From NCBI RefSeq assembly GCF_016717175.1, contig NZ_JADKFZ010000004.1: a stretch of 64,000 nt of DNA. One strand, 5' to 3'. This DNA is from Nannocystis sp. (lineage in GTDB: Bacteria; Myxococcota_A; Polyangia; Nannocystales; Nannocystaceae). Each line of letters starts with the position of its first letter. Position 1 is the first letter of the stretch. Below are positions 47,495 through 57,252 of this stretch, piece by piece. The notes below the pieces were generated by a model that was given only the letters and a program-made list of their open reading frames with translations, was not told the DNA's origin and did no database searches. A program made the translations under genes and the position numbers.

Positions 47495-48913
47495 GTGAGG
47501 CTGTGGGCGCGCGTGGGCGCGCGGGAACTTTCGCCGCGGGCTGGCCTCTCACGCGGCATGGCTCGCCCGCTCCCGCCCGTCGCTGCGCTCGCCGAGGTCG
47601 CCGTCAGCCTCGGCGGGACCTTGCTGGACGTCCGCCACATCGGCCGCGGGGCGGAGGCTTCCCCGTGGTCGCCGTGGCTGCCGCGCTACACGCTGGGCGA
47701 GGGCCCGCAGGCGCAGCTGCCGGTGGCGCTGGCGGGTTGCGACGCGCGCGGCTGCTTCACCCTGGTCGAGGCGGCGGGGCCGGCGATCTGTCTGCGCCTG
47801 GCGCCCGCGATGCTGGGCAGCGTTCGGCGGGGCGGGGCGGAGCTCGCGGTCGCGGAGCTGCTGGCGCGCGGCGAGACGACGCTGCTGCTGGTGCCGGGCG
47901 AGGGGGCGACGCTGCAGATCGGGGCGATCGAGGTGGCGCTGCGGGTCGAGGCGGCGACGCCGGTGCAGCGCTTCCGGGCCCAGCTGGAGCGGCCGCTGTG
48001 GCTGGCGCAGGCGGGGGCGATGGCGCTGTTCGCCGTGCTCATGGTCGTGGTCCAGCGGGCCGAGCCGAGCGCTGCGCCGGGCTTCGACGATCCCGAGGTG
48101 CAGGCGACCTTGATCCGCTACATGACGCCGCGCGACGAGGTGGTGCCGTCGGCGGCGCCGAGCCTGCCGACGCGGGTCGCGGCGGTAGCGACGGCGAGCC
48201 CGGTGGTGCCGGTGCCCGCGGCGAGCGAGGCGGCGAGCGAGGTGGTCGCCGGTCCTTTAGGACATGACCCGGAGGACATGGCGCGAAGGTCAGGTATCTT
48301 CAGCGTCGGGGACTTCCTGGCGGCGATCGAGCAGGGTCACAAGGACGCGCGGGCGTCGATGGCCCGCTACGCGGTGTTCGCCGGGGAGACGGCGGTGTGG
48401 GCCAAGGAGGCGGCGAAGCTCCCGCTCCAGCGCGGCCTCGAGCTGGTGGGCACGGGGCGGCAGGGCGGCGGTCTGGCGCGCGAGGTGGTCGACGTCGAGA
48501 TCGGGCTGATCGCCCAGCTCGACGAGCACGGCCGGCGGCGATGGGGCGGCGGGAAGCGGGCGGCGAAGGAGGCCTTCGCTAGCCGCGACCCGGCGCCGGC
48601 GCCGGAGCGGCGCACCAGCGTGGTGTGGACGGCGAGCGTGGGTCGCGACCTGATCCGCGGGGTGGTCAACCGCCACAAGCCGGAGGTGCGCCAGTGCTTC
48701 CGCGAGGGCATGACCCGCGACCCGGGGCTGCGCGGCGAGGTCGAGGTGGCGTTCACGATCCAGGGCGACGGCAGCGTGGCCTACCCGGCGATCGCTCGCA
48801 GCACGGTGAACGATGTGGCGGTCGACGAGTGCGTGACGGCAGCAGTGAAGCGCTGGCGCTTCCCGGTGTTCGTGGCCAGCGGCGGCGACGTCGACGTGCG
48901 CTTCCCGGCCTGA
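47495..48913 (+). CDS. Membrane protein with an AgmX/PglI-like C-terminal domain
   Basis: A TM helix (LWLAQAGAMALFAVLMVVV), Pro/Ala-rich linkers, and the C-terminus LIRGVVNRHKPEVRQCFREGMTRDPGLRGEVEVAFTIQGDGSV...CVTAAVKRWRFP are present. The start codon is uncertain (47495 or 47558). Confidence 0.6.
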   Translation: MRLWARVGARELSPRAGLSRGMARPLPPVAALAEVAVSLGGTLLDVRHIGRGAEASPWSPWLPRYTLGEGPQAQLPVALAGCDARGCFTLVEAAGPAICLRLAPAMLGSVRRGGAELAVAELLARGETTLLLVPGEGATLQIGAIEVALRVEAATPVQRFRAQLERPLWLAQAGAMALFAVLMVVVQRAEPSAAPGFDDPEVQATLIRYMTPRDEVVPSAAPSLPTRVAAVATASPVVPVPAASEAASEVVAGPLGHDPEDMARRSGIFSVGDFLAAIEQGHKDARASMARYAVFAGETAVWAKEAAKLPLQRGLELVGTGRQGGGLAREVVDVEIGLIAQLDEHGRRRWGGGKRAAKEAFASRDPAPAPERRTSVVWTASVGRDLIRGVVNRHKPEVRQCFREGMTRDPGLRGEVEVAFTIQGDGSVAYPAIARSTVNDVAVDECVTAAVKRWRFPVFVASGGDVDVRFPA

Positions 48914-48937
48914 GGCCGCGAAACGGGCGAGCGCGGG

Positions 48938-49156
48938 TTACTTCTTGCCGAACAGGCCGCCGAGGCTGGAGGTGACGCTGCCGAGGTCGACGCCGCCGAG
49001 GGCGCCGGCGGCGGAGCCGAGGGCGGAGTCGAGGTGGCCGCCGATCGACTCGGGGAGCTTGGCCTTGAGGAAGCCGATGACCGTGGTGGCGGCGCCGCGG
49101 GCCTGGTCCTCGGAGATGCCGGTCTTGCTGACGATCTGCTTGATGAGTTCTTCCAT
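48938..49156 (-). CDS. Small conserved hypothetical protein (~72 aa)
   Basis: MEELIKQIVSKTGISEDQARGAATTVIGFLKAKLPESIGGHLDSALGSAAGALGG... has a well-formed amphipathic N-terminus and a Gly-rich tail. It has its own ATG inside a longer spurious ORF. Confidence 0.5.
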   Translation of the reverse strand: MEELIKQIVSKTGISEDQARGAATTVIGFLKAKLPESIGGHLDSALGSAAGALGGVDLGSVTSSLGGLFGKK

Positions 49157-49191
49157 GGGGCCGGGAGTATCGCGGCGGCGGCGGCGTGGCG

Positions 49192-50952
49192 TCAATCGGG
49201 GCGGACGACGATCGGGGGCTCGACCAGACGCGGCCGGGTGCGCGGGTCGGCGAGGTCGCGCTCGCCGGGGACGAAGCGCGGCTGATCGCGCGGGGCATCG
49301 TGGATCTCGCGCCAGCGTCGGGGCACGCGGTCGAGGCCGATCGGGTAGATGGTGAGGCCGCCGTCGCGGCCGACGGCGATGCGCAGGAACAGCTTGTAGT
49401 CGCGGATGCCGAGGCCGCTGTAGGCCTCGGTGGTGTGGCGGCCGAAGCCGTTGAGCGAGACGAGGAGGTAGAGGCCCATGATCTGGGCGCCGACGAGCCA
49501 GCCGCCGACGAACAGGGCGATCAGGGTGAGGCCGAGGTGCGGCAGGCCGCCGAAGCTCCAGCCGGCGGCGATCGCCACGCGGCTCATGAGCCAGCCGATC
49601 GCCACGGCGGCGCCGAGGTGGGCGAGCGCGTGGGTGAGGCCGCCCGCGAAGCGGTACCAGGCGCGGTGGGTGTCGGTGAAGATGAAGAAGCCGACGATGG
49701 CGACGAGGATCGTGCTGAAGGCGGAGGGCGAGCTGAGGGCGGCGGCGATGAATTCCTCGGCGGTGGAGCCGAGGCCGCCGACCTGGAAGTCGTGGCGCGC
49801 GCCGAGCAGGTTCCAGCCGACCAGGAGGTAGAGGAGGGCGGTGAGGAGGCCGAAGCTCGGGCTGTGGTAGACGAACAGGAGGTCGCGCCAGGTGAGGCGG
49901 CGCGAGGTGGCGAGGTCGGGGTAGCTGCAGCGCAGGGCGTGGCCGGTGACCAGCGGGGTCTGCTTGAAGCTGTGGGTCGGGTGGAGGAAGGCGCCGCCGC
50001 TGCCGGCGGTGATCTTCTGGCTGCGATCGTCGGGGCTCGCGTGGCGGCGGTAGTGGTGGTAGTCGCCGGAGAGGTTGAGGCGGACGCGGCCCTTGAAGAT
50101 CGTCTCCTCGAGGAAGACGAGGTTGCTGTCGCGGCGCATGCGGGCGCGCTCGTCGGGGTCGGCCTCGTGCTCGTAGACCCAGTGCGGCTCGGCGGTGCAG
50201 AGGATGACGCGGGCGTCGGGGCCCATCTGCGCGGCGATGCCGGTGAAGTAGGCGACCTGGGTGGCGTCGATGTCGGCGCCGAGCTGGGTGTCGGTGCCGA
50301 TGATCCACCAGTCGTGCGGGAGGCGGGCGGCGAAGTAGCTGCGGCGCTGGCCCAGGCGCCAGCCGCAGAACCACGGCTTGTCGGTGAACAGGCGGCTCCA
50401 GGCGGCGAGGTTGTCGTACCAGTCGTGGTTGCCCGGGATGGCAAAGAGGGTCGGGTGCTCGGTCTCGGTCCAGCCCATCGCGGCGTGGTAGGGCATGACG
50501 AGGCGTTGCTCGTAGGCGGCGCGGCTGGGGGTCGGGTAGACCTCGTCGCCGCCGAGCACGAGGATGTCGCCGCGGCGGGTGAGGTGGGTGGCGCCGTCGG
50601 GGGCGTCGACGCGGAGCTCGGGGCGCGTGGCGGTGTACGCGATCGCGTAGGTCGAGTCCCAGCCGTCGCCGGTGTCGGCGATGTAGTCGAGCACGATCTC
50701 CTCGCGGGCGACGACCTCGCCGGTGACGAGGGTGCGGGTCGTGAAGTCGAAGCGGGCGTAGGCCTCGCTGGTGCGCGGGTCGATCTGACGCCGGTCGAAG
50801 TCGGCGCCGAGGATGGTCGACAGCCACACGCGGCGGCCGGTCTGCAGCAGCTGCAAGGGGCCGTACCAGCGGACCATGCGGGCCGGCGCGTACGGGAACT
50901 GCGGGGTGCCCGGCATCGCCGACGATGGTGGCACGCGCGGGCGCGGCGTCAC
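49192..50952 (-). CDS. Calcineurin-like metallophosphoesterase with a C-terminal polytopic membrane domain
   Basis: Metallophosphoesterase motifs ILVLGGDEVYP ... FAIPGNHDWYD ... GDYHHYRR ... GSGGAFLHPTH are present. Several C-terminal TM helices follow (LLTALLYLLVGWNLL; ILVAIVGFFIF; LIALFVGGWLVG). Confidence 0.75.
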   Translation of the reverse strand: MTPRPRVPPSSAMPGTPQFPYAPARMVRWYGPLQLLQTGRRVWLSTILGADFDRRQIDPRTSEAYARFDFTTRTLVTGEVVAREEIVLDYIADTGDGWDSTYAIAYTATRPELRVDAPDGATHLTRRGDILVLGGDEVYPTPSRAAYEQRLVMPYHAAMGWTETEHPTLFAIPGNHDWYDNLAAWSRLFTDKPWFCGWRLGQRRSYFAARLPHDWWIIGTDTQLGADIDATQVAYFTGIAAQMGPDARVILCTAEPHWVYEHEADPDERARMRRDSNLVFLEETIFKGRVRLNLSGDYHHYRRHASPDDRSQKITAGSGGAFLHPTHSFKQTPLVTGHALRCSYPDLATSRRLTWRDLLFVYHSPSFGLLTALLYLLVGWNLLGARHDFQVGGLGSTAEEFIAAALSSPSAFSTILVAIVGFFIFTDTHRAWYRFAGGLTHALAHLGAAVAIGWLMSRVAIAAGWSFGGLPHLGLTLIALFVGGWLVGAQIMGLYLLVSLNGFGRHTTEAYSGLGIRDYKLFLRIAVGRDGGLTIYPIGLDRVPRRWREIHDAPRDQPRFVPGERDLADPRTRPRLVEPPIVVRPD

Positions 50953-51029
50953 AGCCTGGTCACGGATCGGTGTCGCGCAGGCCGCGCTGCGCGTTGCGGG
51001 CGGGCGGGCTTTGGGCGAGCCTGACAGGC

Positions 51030-51452
51030 ATGCACGTCCGCGAGCCCGTCATCCGCGAGGTCATCACCGAGGTCATCCGCACCGCCGACGCGCCGCAGGC
51101 GATCGGGCCGTACAGCCAGGCGATCGCGGTCCGCGGCGGGCGCACGGTGTACACCTCGGGCCAGATCCCGCTCGACCCGAAGACGATGCAGATCGTGGGT
51201 GAGGGGGACATCGTGGCCCAGACGGAGCGGGTGATGGAGAACCTGCGCGGGCTGCTGGCGGCCGCGGGCGTGGGCTTCGAGCACGTGGTGCGCGCGGGGA
51301 TCTTCCTCGCCGACATGCAGCACTTCGGCCAGGTCAATGAGATCTACGGGCGAGCCTTCACCAAGGATCCGCCGGCTCGATCGACGGTGCAGGTGGCGTA
51401 CCTGCCGCGCGGGGTGCTGGTCGAGATCGACATGATCGCGGTGGGGCCCTAA
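51030..51452 (+). CDS. ridA: RidA/YjgF/UK114-family reactive-intermediate deaminase
   Basis: APQAIGPYSQAIAVRGGRTVYTSGQIPLDP ... PARSTVQVAYLPRGVLVEIDMIAV is the classic RidA pattern (...PAR.TV.V..LP....VEI). Confidence 0.85.
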   Translation: MHVREPVIREVITEVIRTADAPQAIGPYSQAIAVRGGRTVYTSGQIPLDPKTMQIVGEGDIVAQTERVMENLRGLLAAAGVGFEHVVRAGIFLADMQHFGQVNEIYGRAFTKDPPARSTVQVAYLPRGVLVEIDMIAVGP

Positions 51453-51461
51453 AGAGCCGCG

Positions 51462-54125
51462 ATGGTAAGGGCCGCGATGGGGCGGGCGCGGTGGGCGGTG
51501 ATCGGGCTGCTGCTGGCGGGCCTCGGCGGCGTGCTGGCGTGGCTGTGGCTCGGCGCGCCGCCGCCGGTGATCGAAGGCGGGAGCGAGGCCAGCGAGGGCG
51601 GCGAGGCGGGGGCGCCCGCGGTGGTGCTGGCGCCGCAGCGGCGGGTGCTCGGGCGGGTGCTGCTCGAGAGCCTGGCTGTCGGGACAGGTCCTGAGGGACA
51701 GGTTGAAAAGGACAGCCTGGACGCGGGCCCGCTGACGCCCCCGCCGCTCGGGCAGTGCACGGCGCGGGCGTGGCGGGCGGAGAAGCTGCTGGCGGAGGCG
51801 AGCTGCGCGGCGGATGGGAGCTTCGCGCTGGCGCTGGCGGTGACCGAGGCGGTGGTGGTCGAGATGCTGGTGCCGGGGCGGCTGCGGGCGGTGCTGACGA
51901 CGCCGGCGACCGACGCGGACGTGCAGCTGCCGACGGTGGCGCTGGGGCTGGCGTCGTCGCTGCGCGGCGAGGTGATCGACGGGCAGGGGCGAGCCGTGGC
52001 GGGGGCGGAGGTGGCCGCGCTGCCGCTGCCGAACCTGGGCGAGCCGGAGCCGTGGCGGGTGACGAGCGCGGCGGACGGGAGCTTCCTGCTCGACACGCTG
52101 CCGGAGGGGCCGATCCGGCTGCGCACGAGCAAGCCCGGGCACGCGCTGACGATCCGCGACGCGTACGCGCCGGAGGCCGGGGTGGTGATCGTGCTCGACG
52201 AGCTGCTCGGGTTGACCGGGGCCGTGATCGGCGAGCCGAAGATAGCGGCGCGGGCGAGGGTGCGGCTCGAGGGCTCGTCGCTGTGGCCGCCGGTTTATCA
52301 GCGGGTCGCGGCGGACGGGAGCTTCGCGTTCACCGAGCTGGTCGACGGGGTCTACGGGCTGGTGGCGACGGTCGAGGCGGAGGCGCCGGGCGATCAGGAG
52401 TACGCGTCGATACCGCTCGAGAACCTCGGCGCGGGCACGGAGGTCGGGCTGGCGCTGGCGCTGGCGTACCGCATCCCGGTGCGGGTGATCAGCCCCGACG
52501 GGGCGCCGGTGGCGGGGGCGCGGGTGACGGTCGGCTACGCGAGCGTGGGGCTGTTGCAGCAGGTCGGAGAGACAGGTCCCGAAGGACAGGTGGCGATCGG
52601 TCCGATCGTGCCGGGGCCGTATGTCGTGAGCGCGGACGCGGACGGATACCTGCCGAGCGAGGCGATCCAGGTCGACCTGGGGGCCACGCCGCTGCCGACC
52701 CAGACCTTGACGCTGCTGCGGCCGGGGCGGATCGCGGGGATCGTGGTCGACGAGCGCGGGCAGCCGGTGGTCGCGGCGAGCGTGGTGGTGGACAGCGAGC
52801 AGCTGTACAGCGTGGGCGAGGGCTCGGCGCGGGCGGGGACCTTCACGGCGCTGCTGCGCGGCGGGAGCCTCGGGGTCACGGGCGGGACGGTGCCGCCGAT
52901 CCCGCTGACGGCGCTCGCGGGCGGGCTCGCGGACGCGGGCGAGGTGACGGGGCTGATGGCGGAGAGCGACGAGGCGGGGCGCTTCGCGCTCGAGCTGCTG
53001 CTGCCGGGGACCTACCGGCTGCGGGCGGTGCACGGGCTGCACGCGGCGTCGCCGGTCGCGGTGGTGACGCTGGCGCCGGGGCAAGCGCGCGAGGGGGTGG
53101 TGCTGACGCTGGGCCGCGGGGTGCACGTCACGGGGCGGGTCTTCGATGGCAACCGGCGGCCGCTCGCGGGGGTGCGGGTCGAGCTCGGCGACGGCAGCGA
53201 GGTGCTGACCGACGCGTTCGGGGTGTTCGATGCGGGTTATCGGCGCGGGCGGGAGCGGCTGGTGCTGCGCCGGGCGGGGCTGATCCCTGAGGTGGTGGAG
53301 CTCGATCTGGGGCGCGAGGACGTGGTGATCGAGCGGCTGATGCAGCCGGCGGAGGGCGAGCTGACCGGGCGGATCCGCGGGGGCAACGATCAGCCGCTGG
53401 CGGGGGTGCGGGTGACGCTGACGCCGAAGGACGGGCTGACGGCGACGCAGGTCGGGTGGACCGACGAGCGCGGGCTGTTTGAATTCACGGACCTGGCCCC
53501 GGGGACAGGTGCGCTGGAGTTCGACCACCCGGACTACGCGCCGGGGCAGCGGTCGGTGAAGGTGGCGCGCACCCGCGGCGGGGCGCCGGTCGAGGTCTCG
53601 CTGGTGGCGGGGTGGTCGCTGGCGCTGAGCGTGCGGGCGCGCGGGAGCGGCGATCCGATCGCGGGGGCGCGGGTCGAGGTCGACGAGCGGCTGTGGTCGA
53701 CCGACGAGGCGGGCGAGGCGGAGGTGCGGCGCCTGGCCGGCGAGCGGGTGCGGGTGGTGGTGCGGGCGGGCGGCTGGGTGGCGCAGAGCGAGCTGATCGA
53801 GCGGCCGGCGAGCGGGGCGGCGACGCTGGTGTTCGAGCTCGACGAGGCCGCGGGGATGGAGGGCGAGATCACGGACGAGCGCGGCGAGCCGGTCGGCGGG
53901 GCGCGGGTGCTGGTCCGCAGCGCGGACGGGTCGACGCTGCTGGCGGAGGCGAAGACGACGGCGGACGGGCGTTGGTCCGTGCCCGACCTGCCCGAGGGAG
54001 ATGTGCGCGTCGAGGCGATCCCACCGCCCGCGCTGGCCGAGATCCTGGCGCCCGTGGCCATGGACTCGGATGTGCGCCGCGGACACGTGACGCGGGAGGT
54101 CGATCTGCGCTTCGATCGGTTATGA
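51462..54125 (+). CDS. Large protein built from tandem carboxypeptidase-regulatory-like (CarboxypepD_reg / Ig-like) repeats
   Basis: An N-terminal TM/signal (WAVIGLLLAGLGGVLAWLWL) is followed by at least eight repeats of the pattern G.V.D..G.PVAGA.V.V........ADGSF.L/RF.L. Two copies of the CTGTCC/GGACAG element are embedded in frame. Confidence 0.75.
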   Translation: MVRAAMGRARWAVIGLLLAGLGGVLAWLWLGAPPPVIEGGSEASEGGEAGAPAVVLAPQRRVLGRVLLESLAVGTGPEGQVEKDSLDAGPLTPPPLGQCTARAWRAEKLLAEASCAADGSFALALAVTEAVVVEMLVPGRLRAVLTTPATDADVQLPTVALGLASSLRGEVIDGQGRAVAGAEVAALPLPNLGEPEPWRVTSAADGSFLLDTLPEGPIRLRTSKPGHALTIRDAYAPEAGVVIVLDELLGLTGAVIGEPKIAARARVRLEGSSLWPPVYQRVAADGSFAFTELVDGVYGLVATVEAEAPGDQEYASIPLENLGAGTEVGLALALAYRIPVRVISPDGAPVAGARVTVGYASVGLLQQVGETGPEGQVAIGPIVPGPYVVSADADGYLPSEAIQVDLGATPLPTQTLTLLRPGRIAGIVVDERGQPVVAASVVVDSEQLYSVGEGSARAGTFTALLRGGSLGVTGGTVPPIPLTALAGGLADAGEVTGLMAESDEAGRFALELLLPGTYRLRAVHGLHAASPVAVVTLAPGQAREGVVLTLGRGVHVTGRVFDGNRRPLAGVRVELGDGSEVLTDAFGVFDAGYRRGRERLVLRRAGLIPEVVELDLGREDVVIERLMQPAEGELTGRIRGGNDQPLAGVRVTLTPKDGLTATQVGWTDERGLFEFTDLAPGTGALEFDHPDYAPGQRSVKVARTRGGAPVEVSLVAGWSLALSVRARGSGDPIAGARVEVDERLWSTDEAGEAEVRRLAGERVRVVVRAGGWVAQSELIERPASGAATLVFELDEAAGMEGEITDERGEPVGGARVLVRSADGSTLLAEAKTTADGRWSVPDLPEGDVRVEAIPPPALAEILAPVAMDSDVRRGHVTREVDLRFDRL

Positions 54126-54178
54126 TCCGCGGCCCGGGTCGGCGCGTGCGCGATCCGTGAGCCCAAGGAGCCCCCCCG

Positions 54179-54715
54179 ATGTCCTCGCAGCTTCGTTTGT
54201 TGTCGTTGTCACTGTCACTCATGTTGGTCGCCTGCGGCGGCGAGACCAAGCCGGCCGCGGCCGACGCGAAGAGCCCCGACAAGGGCGCGCCGGCGACGGC
54301 CGCGAAGCCCGAGCCGACCAAGACGGCGGAGGCCGACAAGACCAAGGTGATCGAGGGGGCCGACCCGATCGACGACCGCTACTCGCTGCGCATCGATCCG
54401 CCGGCGGACGCGGTGGCGGGGCGCGAGGGCACGGTGAAGGTGACGGTGGTGCCGAAGGCGCCGTGGCACATGAACCTCGACTTCCCGACCTCGCTGGCGA
54501 TCGGGGCGCCGGACGGCGTGACCCTGGCGAAGGCCGAGATGAAGAAGGCGGACGCCGACAAGCTCGACGAGAACAGCGCCGAGTACTCGGTGAAATTCAC
54601 GCCGGCGGCGGCGGGCGACAAGTCGTTCACCGGCAAGTTCAAGTTCGCGGTGTGCCAGGACGAGGCCTGCTCGCCGGTCACGGAAGAGGTCGAGTTCAAG
54701 GTCGCGGTCAAGTAG
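54179..54715 (+). CDS. Hypothetical lipoprotein
   Basis: Signal and lipobox LSLSLMLVAC|GG. A Lys/Ala/Pro-rich linker leads into a small beta-rich domain with a conserved Cys pair (FAVCQDEACSP). Confidence 0.6.
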   Translation: MSSQLRLLSLSLSLMLVACGGETKPAAADAKSPDKGAPATAAKPEPTKTAEADKTKVIEGADPIDDRYSLRIDPPADAVAGREGTVKVTVVPKAPWHMNLDFPTSLAIGAPDGVTLAKAEMKKADADKLDENSAEYSVKFTPAAAGDKSFTGKFKFAVCQDEACSPVTEEVEFKVAVK

Positions 54716-54717
54716 CC

Positions 54718-57174
54718 ATGCAGGACCCGAGCAGCGCCCGCAACCGCATCGACGCGCTCGCCAGCGCGGTGGCCCAGGAGTTCGAGGCCACGCGCCGCGT
54801 GCTGAGCTTCGAGGAGTGGTTCGAGCTGCTGTGCGTCGCGCCGCAGGTGCACGCCCGCAACGCGGCGCAGTACCTGCGCGACTGCTTTGACTACTACGGC
54901 CGCCGCGGGGTGCGGATCCCGAGCGGCAAGGTCTCGCGCTTCCGGCTGTTTGACTGCGACTTTGACCACCCCGGCGGGGGGCCGCAGATCGGGCCGAGCG
55001 CGCGGCTGGTCGGGCAGGAGCGGGCGCAGAACGCGTTTTACGAGGCGATCGACAGCTTCGTGCGCATCGGTCGGGTCAACAAGCTGTTGCTGCTGCACGG
55101 GCCGAACGGGTCGGCGAAGACGACCTTCCTCGACTCGGTGATGCGGGCGCTCGAGGCGTACTCGCAGACCGACCAGGGCGCGCTGTACCGGTTCTCGTGG
55201 GTGTTCCCCAACAAGGCGGTGCGCAGCGGCGGGATCGGCTTCGCGGGCGGCTTCGGGGCGGGCTCGTGGGACGCGGGCGCGGGCGGGGCGCGGGAGACGA
55301 CCTACGCGCGGCTGAGCGCGGAGGCGGTCGACTCGAAGCTGGCCGACGAGAACAAGGACTCGCCGATCTACCTCCTGCCGCTGGCGAACCGGGAGCAGAT
55401 CCTCGGCGACCTGCTGACCACGGCGCGGGTGCGCGAGGGATCGACGAGCGGCAAGACGGGCCCGGGCGACAGCTCGCAGCGATCGTTGCAGGAGTTCGCG
55501 CTGAGCGAGGTGGTGCTGCGCGGGGACCTCACGCAGCGCAACCGCAAGATCTTCGACGCGCTGCTCGCCGGCTACCAGGGCGACCTGCGCAAGGTGTACC
55601 AGCACGTGCAGGTCGAGCGGCTGTTCCTCAGCCGGCAGTATCGCTCGGGGCTGGTGACGGTCGAGCCGAAGCAGACGGTCGACGCGCGCAGCTTCCCGGT
55701 GACGGGCGAGCGGGCGTACAGCAGCCTGCCGCCGAGCGTCGGCGGGCAGGTGCTGTACGCGTGCCAGGGCGACCTGGTCGACGCGAATCGCGGGCTGGTG
55801 AACTTCAGCGACCTGCTCAAGCGGCCGTACGAGCACTACAAGTACTTGCTGACGGCGACTGAGTCGGGCGCGGTGGCGCTGGACCACGTGGTGCTGGCGC
55901 TGGACCTGGTGTTCACGGCCTCGGGCAACGACCTGAACCTGCTCGAGTTCCGCGCCCTGCGGTCGGGCGAGTACCAGAGCCTGCGCGGGCGCCTGGAGCT
56001 GATCCCGGTGCCGTACCTGCTCGACTACCGGGTCGAGCGCAAGGTCTATCAGGAGCAGGTGGGCGACGTGCTGCGGGGGATCCACATCGCCCCGCACGTG
56101 CCGCGGCTCCTGGCGCTGTGGGGCGTGATGACCCGCCTGCGGGCGCCGGACACGAAGGTCTACGGGGCCAAGCTGCAGCCGGTGCTGTCGCGGCTGACGC
56201 CGCTCGACAAGGCCGACCTCTACGCCTACGGGCGGGTGCCGCAGGGGCTGACCAGCGACGAGGCGCGCGAGCTGCTGGCGGCGGTGCCGGCGATGCATCA
56301 GGAGCGCTTCTCGCAGGCGACGGTGCCGGCCGAGAGCGGGGACCCGATCTTGCTCGGCGACTACGAGGGCAGCTTCGGCGCCAGCGTCCGCGACCTCAAG
56401 CGGGTGCTGCTGGCGGCGGCGAGCGACCCGGGCACCAGCTGCGTGACGGTGCCGCGGCTGTTCCGCGAGCTGCGGCGCTTCATGGCCGACAGCGTGAACT
56501 TCCGCTGGATGCTGCTCGGGCTGGTGCCGGCAGGGGGGCCGGGAGCGCTGGCGGGGCGCGACGCGGGCTTCCACGTGCTCGACGGGGAGCACAGCATCAC
56601 CCACGCGGTGTGGAACCGCTGGCTCGACCTCTCGGACTGGGAGGTGCGCGAGGCGATGGGGCTGGTCGACGAGTCGCGCTACCTCGACCTGTTCAAGAAG
56701 TACGTCAAGCACGTGTCGCACCACCTGAAGCGCGAGCGGATGTTCGACGCGGTGACCGGCAACCTGCGCGACCCGGACGAGAAGTTCATGCAGGGGCTGG
56801 AGAAGACGATGGACCCGAAGGCGGGGCCGAACTTCCGCGCCGACCTGCTGTCGCGGATCGGTGCGTGGGCGCTGAGCCACCCCGACGAGGAGCCGGCCTA
56901 CGCGGAGATCTTCGCCGACTACTTCGGGCGGCTGCGCGAGGACTACTACCGCCAGCAGAAGGCGGTGGTCGGGCGGGGGATCCAGCGGATGCTCGAGCTG
57001 CTGAGCGACGATCGCCGCAGCGAGAATCCGCTGGCGCCGCAGGAGGAGCAGGTGGCCCGGCACTCGGTCGACGTGCTGCTCGGCAAGTTCGATGAGCCGG
57101 GCACGCGGCGCGAGCGGCACACGCGGGAGACGCTGCGCGAGACGCTGGTGCACCTGTCGAAGGTCCGGTACTGA
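54718..57174 (+). CDS. prkA: PrkA-family serine protein kinase (AAA-type P-loop N-domain)
   Basis: YYGRRGVRIPSGKVSRFRLFD...FYEAIDSFVRIGRVNKLLLLHGPNGSAKTTFLDS matches the PrkA N-terminus and Walker A. The ~818-aa length and C-terminal region are consistent with PrkA. Confidence 0.8.
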   Translation: MQDPSSARNRIDALASAVAQEFEATRRVLSFEEWFELLCVAPQVHARNAAQYLRDCFDYYGRRGVRIPSGKVSRFRLFDCDFDHPGGGPQIGPSARLVGQERAQNAFYEAIDSFVRIGRVNKLLLLHGPNGSAKTTFLDSVMRALEAYSQTDQGALYRFSWVFPNKAVRSGGIGFAGGFGAGSWDAGAGGARETTYARLSAEAVDSKLADENKDSPIYLLPLANREQILGDLLTTARVREGSTSGKTGPGDSSQRSLQEFALSEVVLRGDLTQRNRKIFDALLAGYQGDLRKVYQHVQVERLFLSRQYRSGLVTVEPKQTVDARSFPVTGERAYSSLPPSVGGQVLYACQGDLVDANRGLVNFSDLLKRPYEHYKYLLTATESGAVALDHVVLALDLVFTASGNDLNLLEFRALRSGEYQSLRGRLELIPVPYLLDYRVERKVYQEQVGDVLRGIHIAPHVPRLLALWGVMTRLRAPDTKVYGAKLQPVLSRLTPLDKADLYAYGRVPQGLTSDEARELLAAVPAMHQERFSQATVPAESGDPILLGDYEGSFGASVRDLKRVLLAAASDPGTSCVTVPRLFRELRRFMADSVNFRWMLLGLVPAGGPGALAGRDAGFHVLDGEHSITHAVWNRWLDLSDWEVREAMGLVDESRYLDLFKKYVKHVSHHLKRERMFDAVTGNLRDPDEKFMQGLEKTMDPKAGPNFRADLLSRIGAWALSHPDEEPAYAEIFADYFGRLREDYYRQQKAVVGRGIQRMLELLSDDRRSENPLAPQEEQVARHSVDVLLGKFDEPGTRRERHTRETLRETLVHLSKVRY

Positions 57175-57185
57175 GCGGCTGTCTG

Positions 57186-57207
57186 CGGGGACATGTCCCC
57201 GCAGACA
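57186..57207. repeat. Perfect 22-bp palindrome CTGCGGGGACATGTCCCCGCAG between convergent genes; a member of the GGGGACAKGTCCCC element family, possibly a bidirectional terminator
   Basis: It is its own reverse complement. Two more ACATGT(G/C) half-sites follow within 35 bp. It lies in the 78-bp gap between the prkA stop (57174) and the stop of 57253..57909. Confidence 0.8.
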
Positions 57208-57252
57208 TGTGCTCACAGACATGTCCGAACAGGCATACGGCGTCCAACAAAT

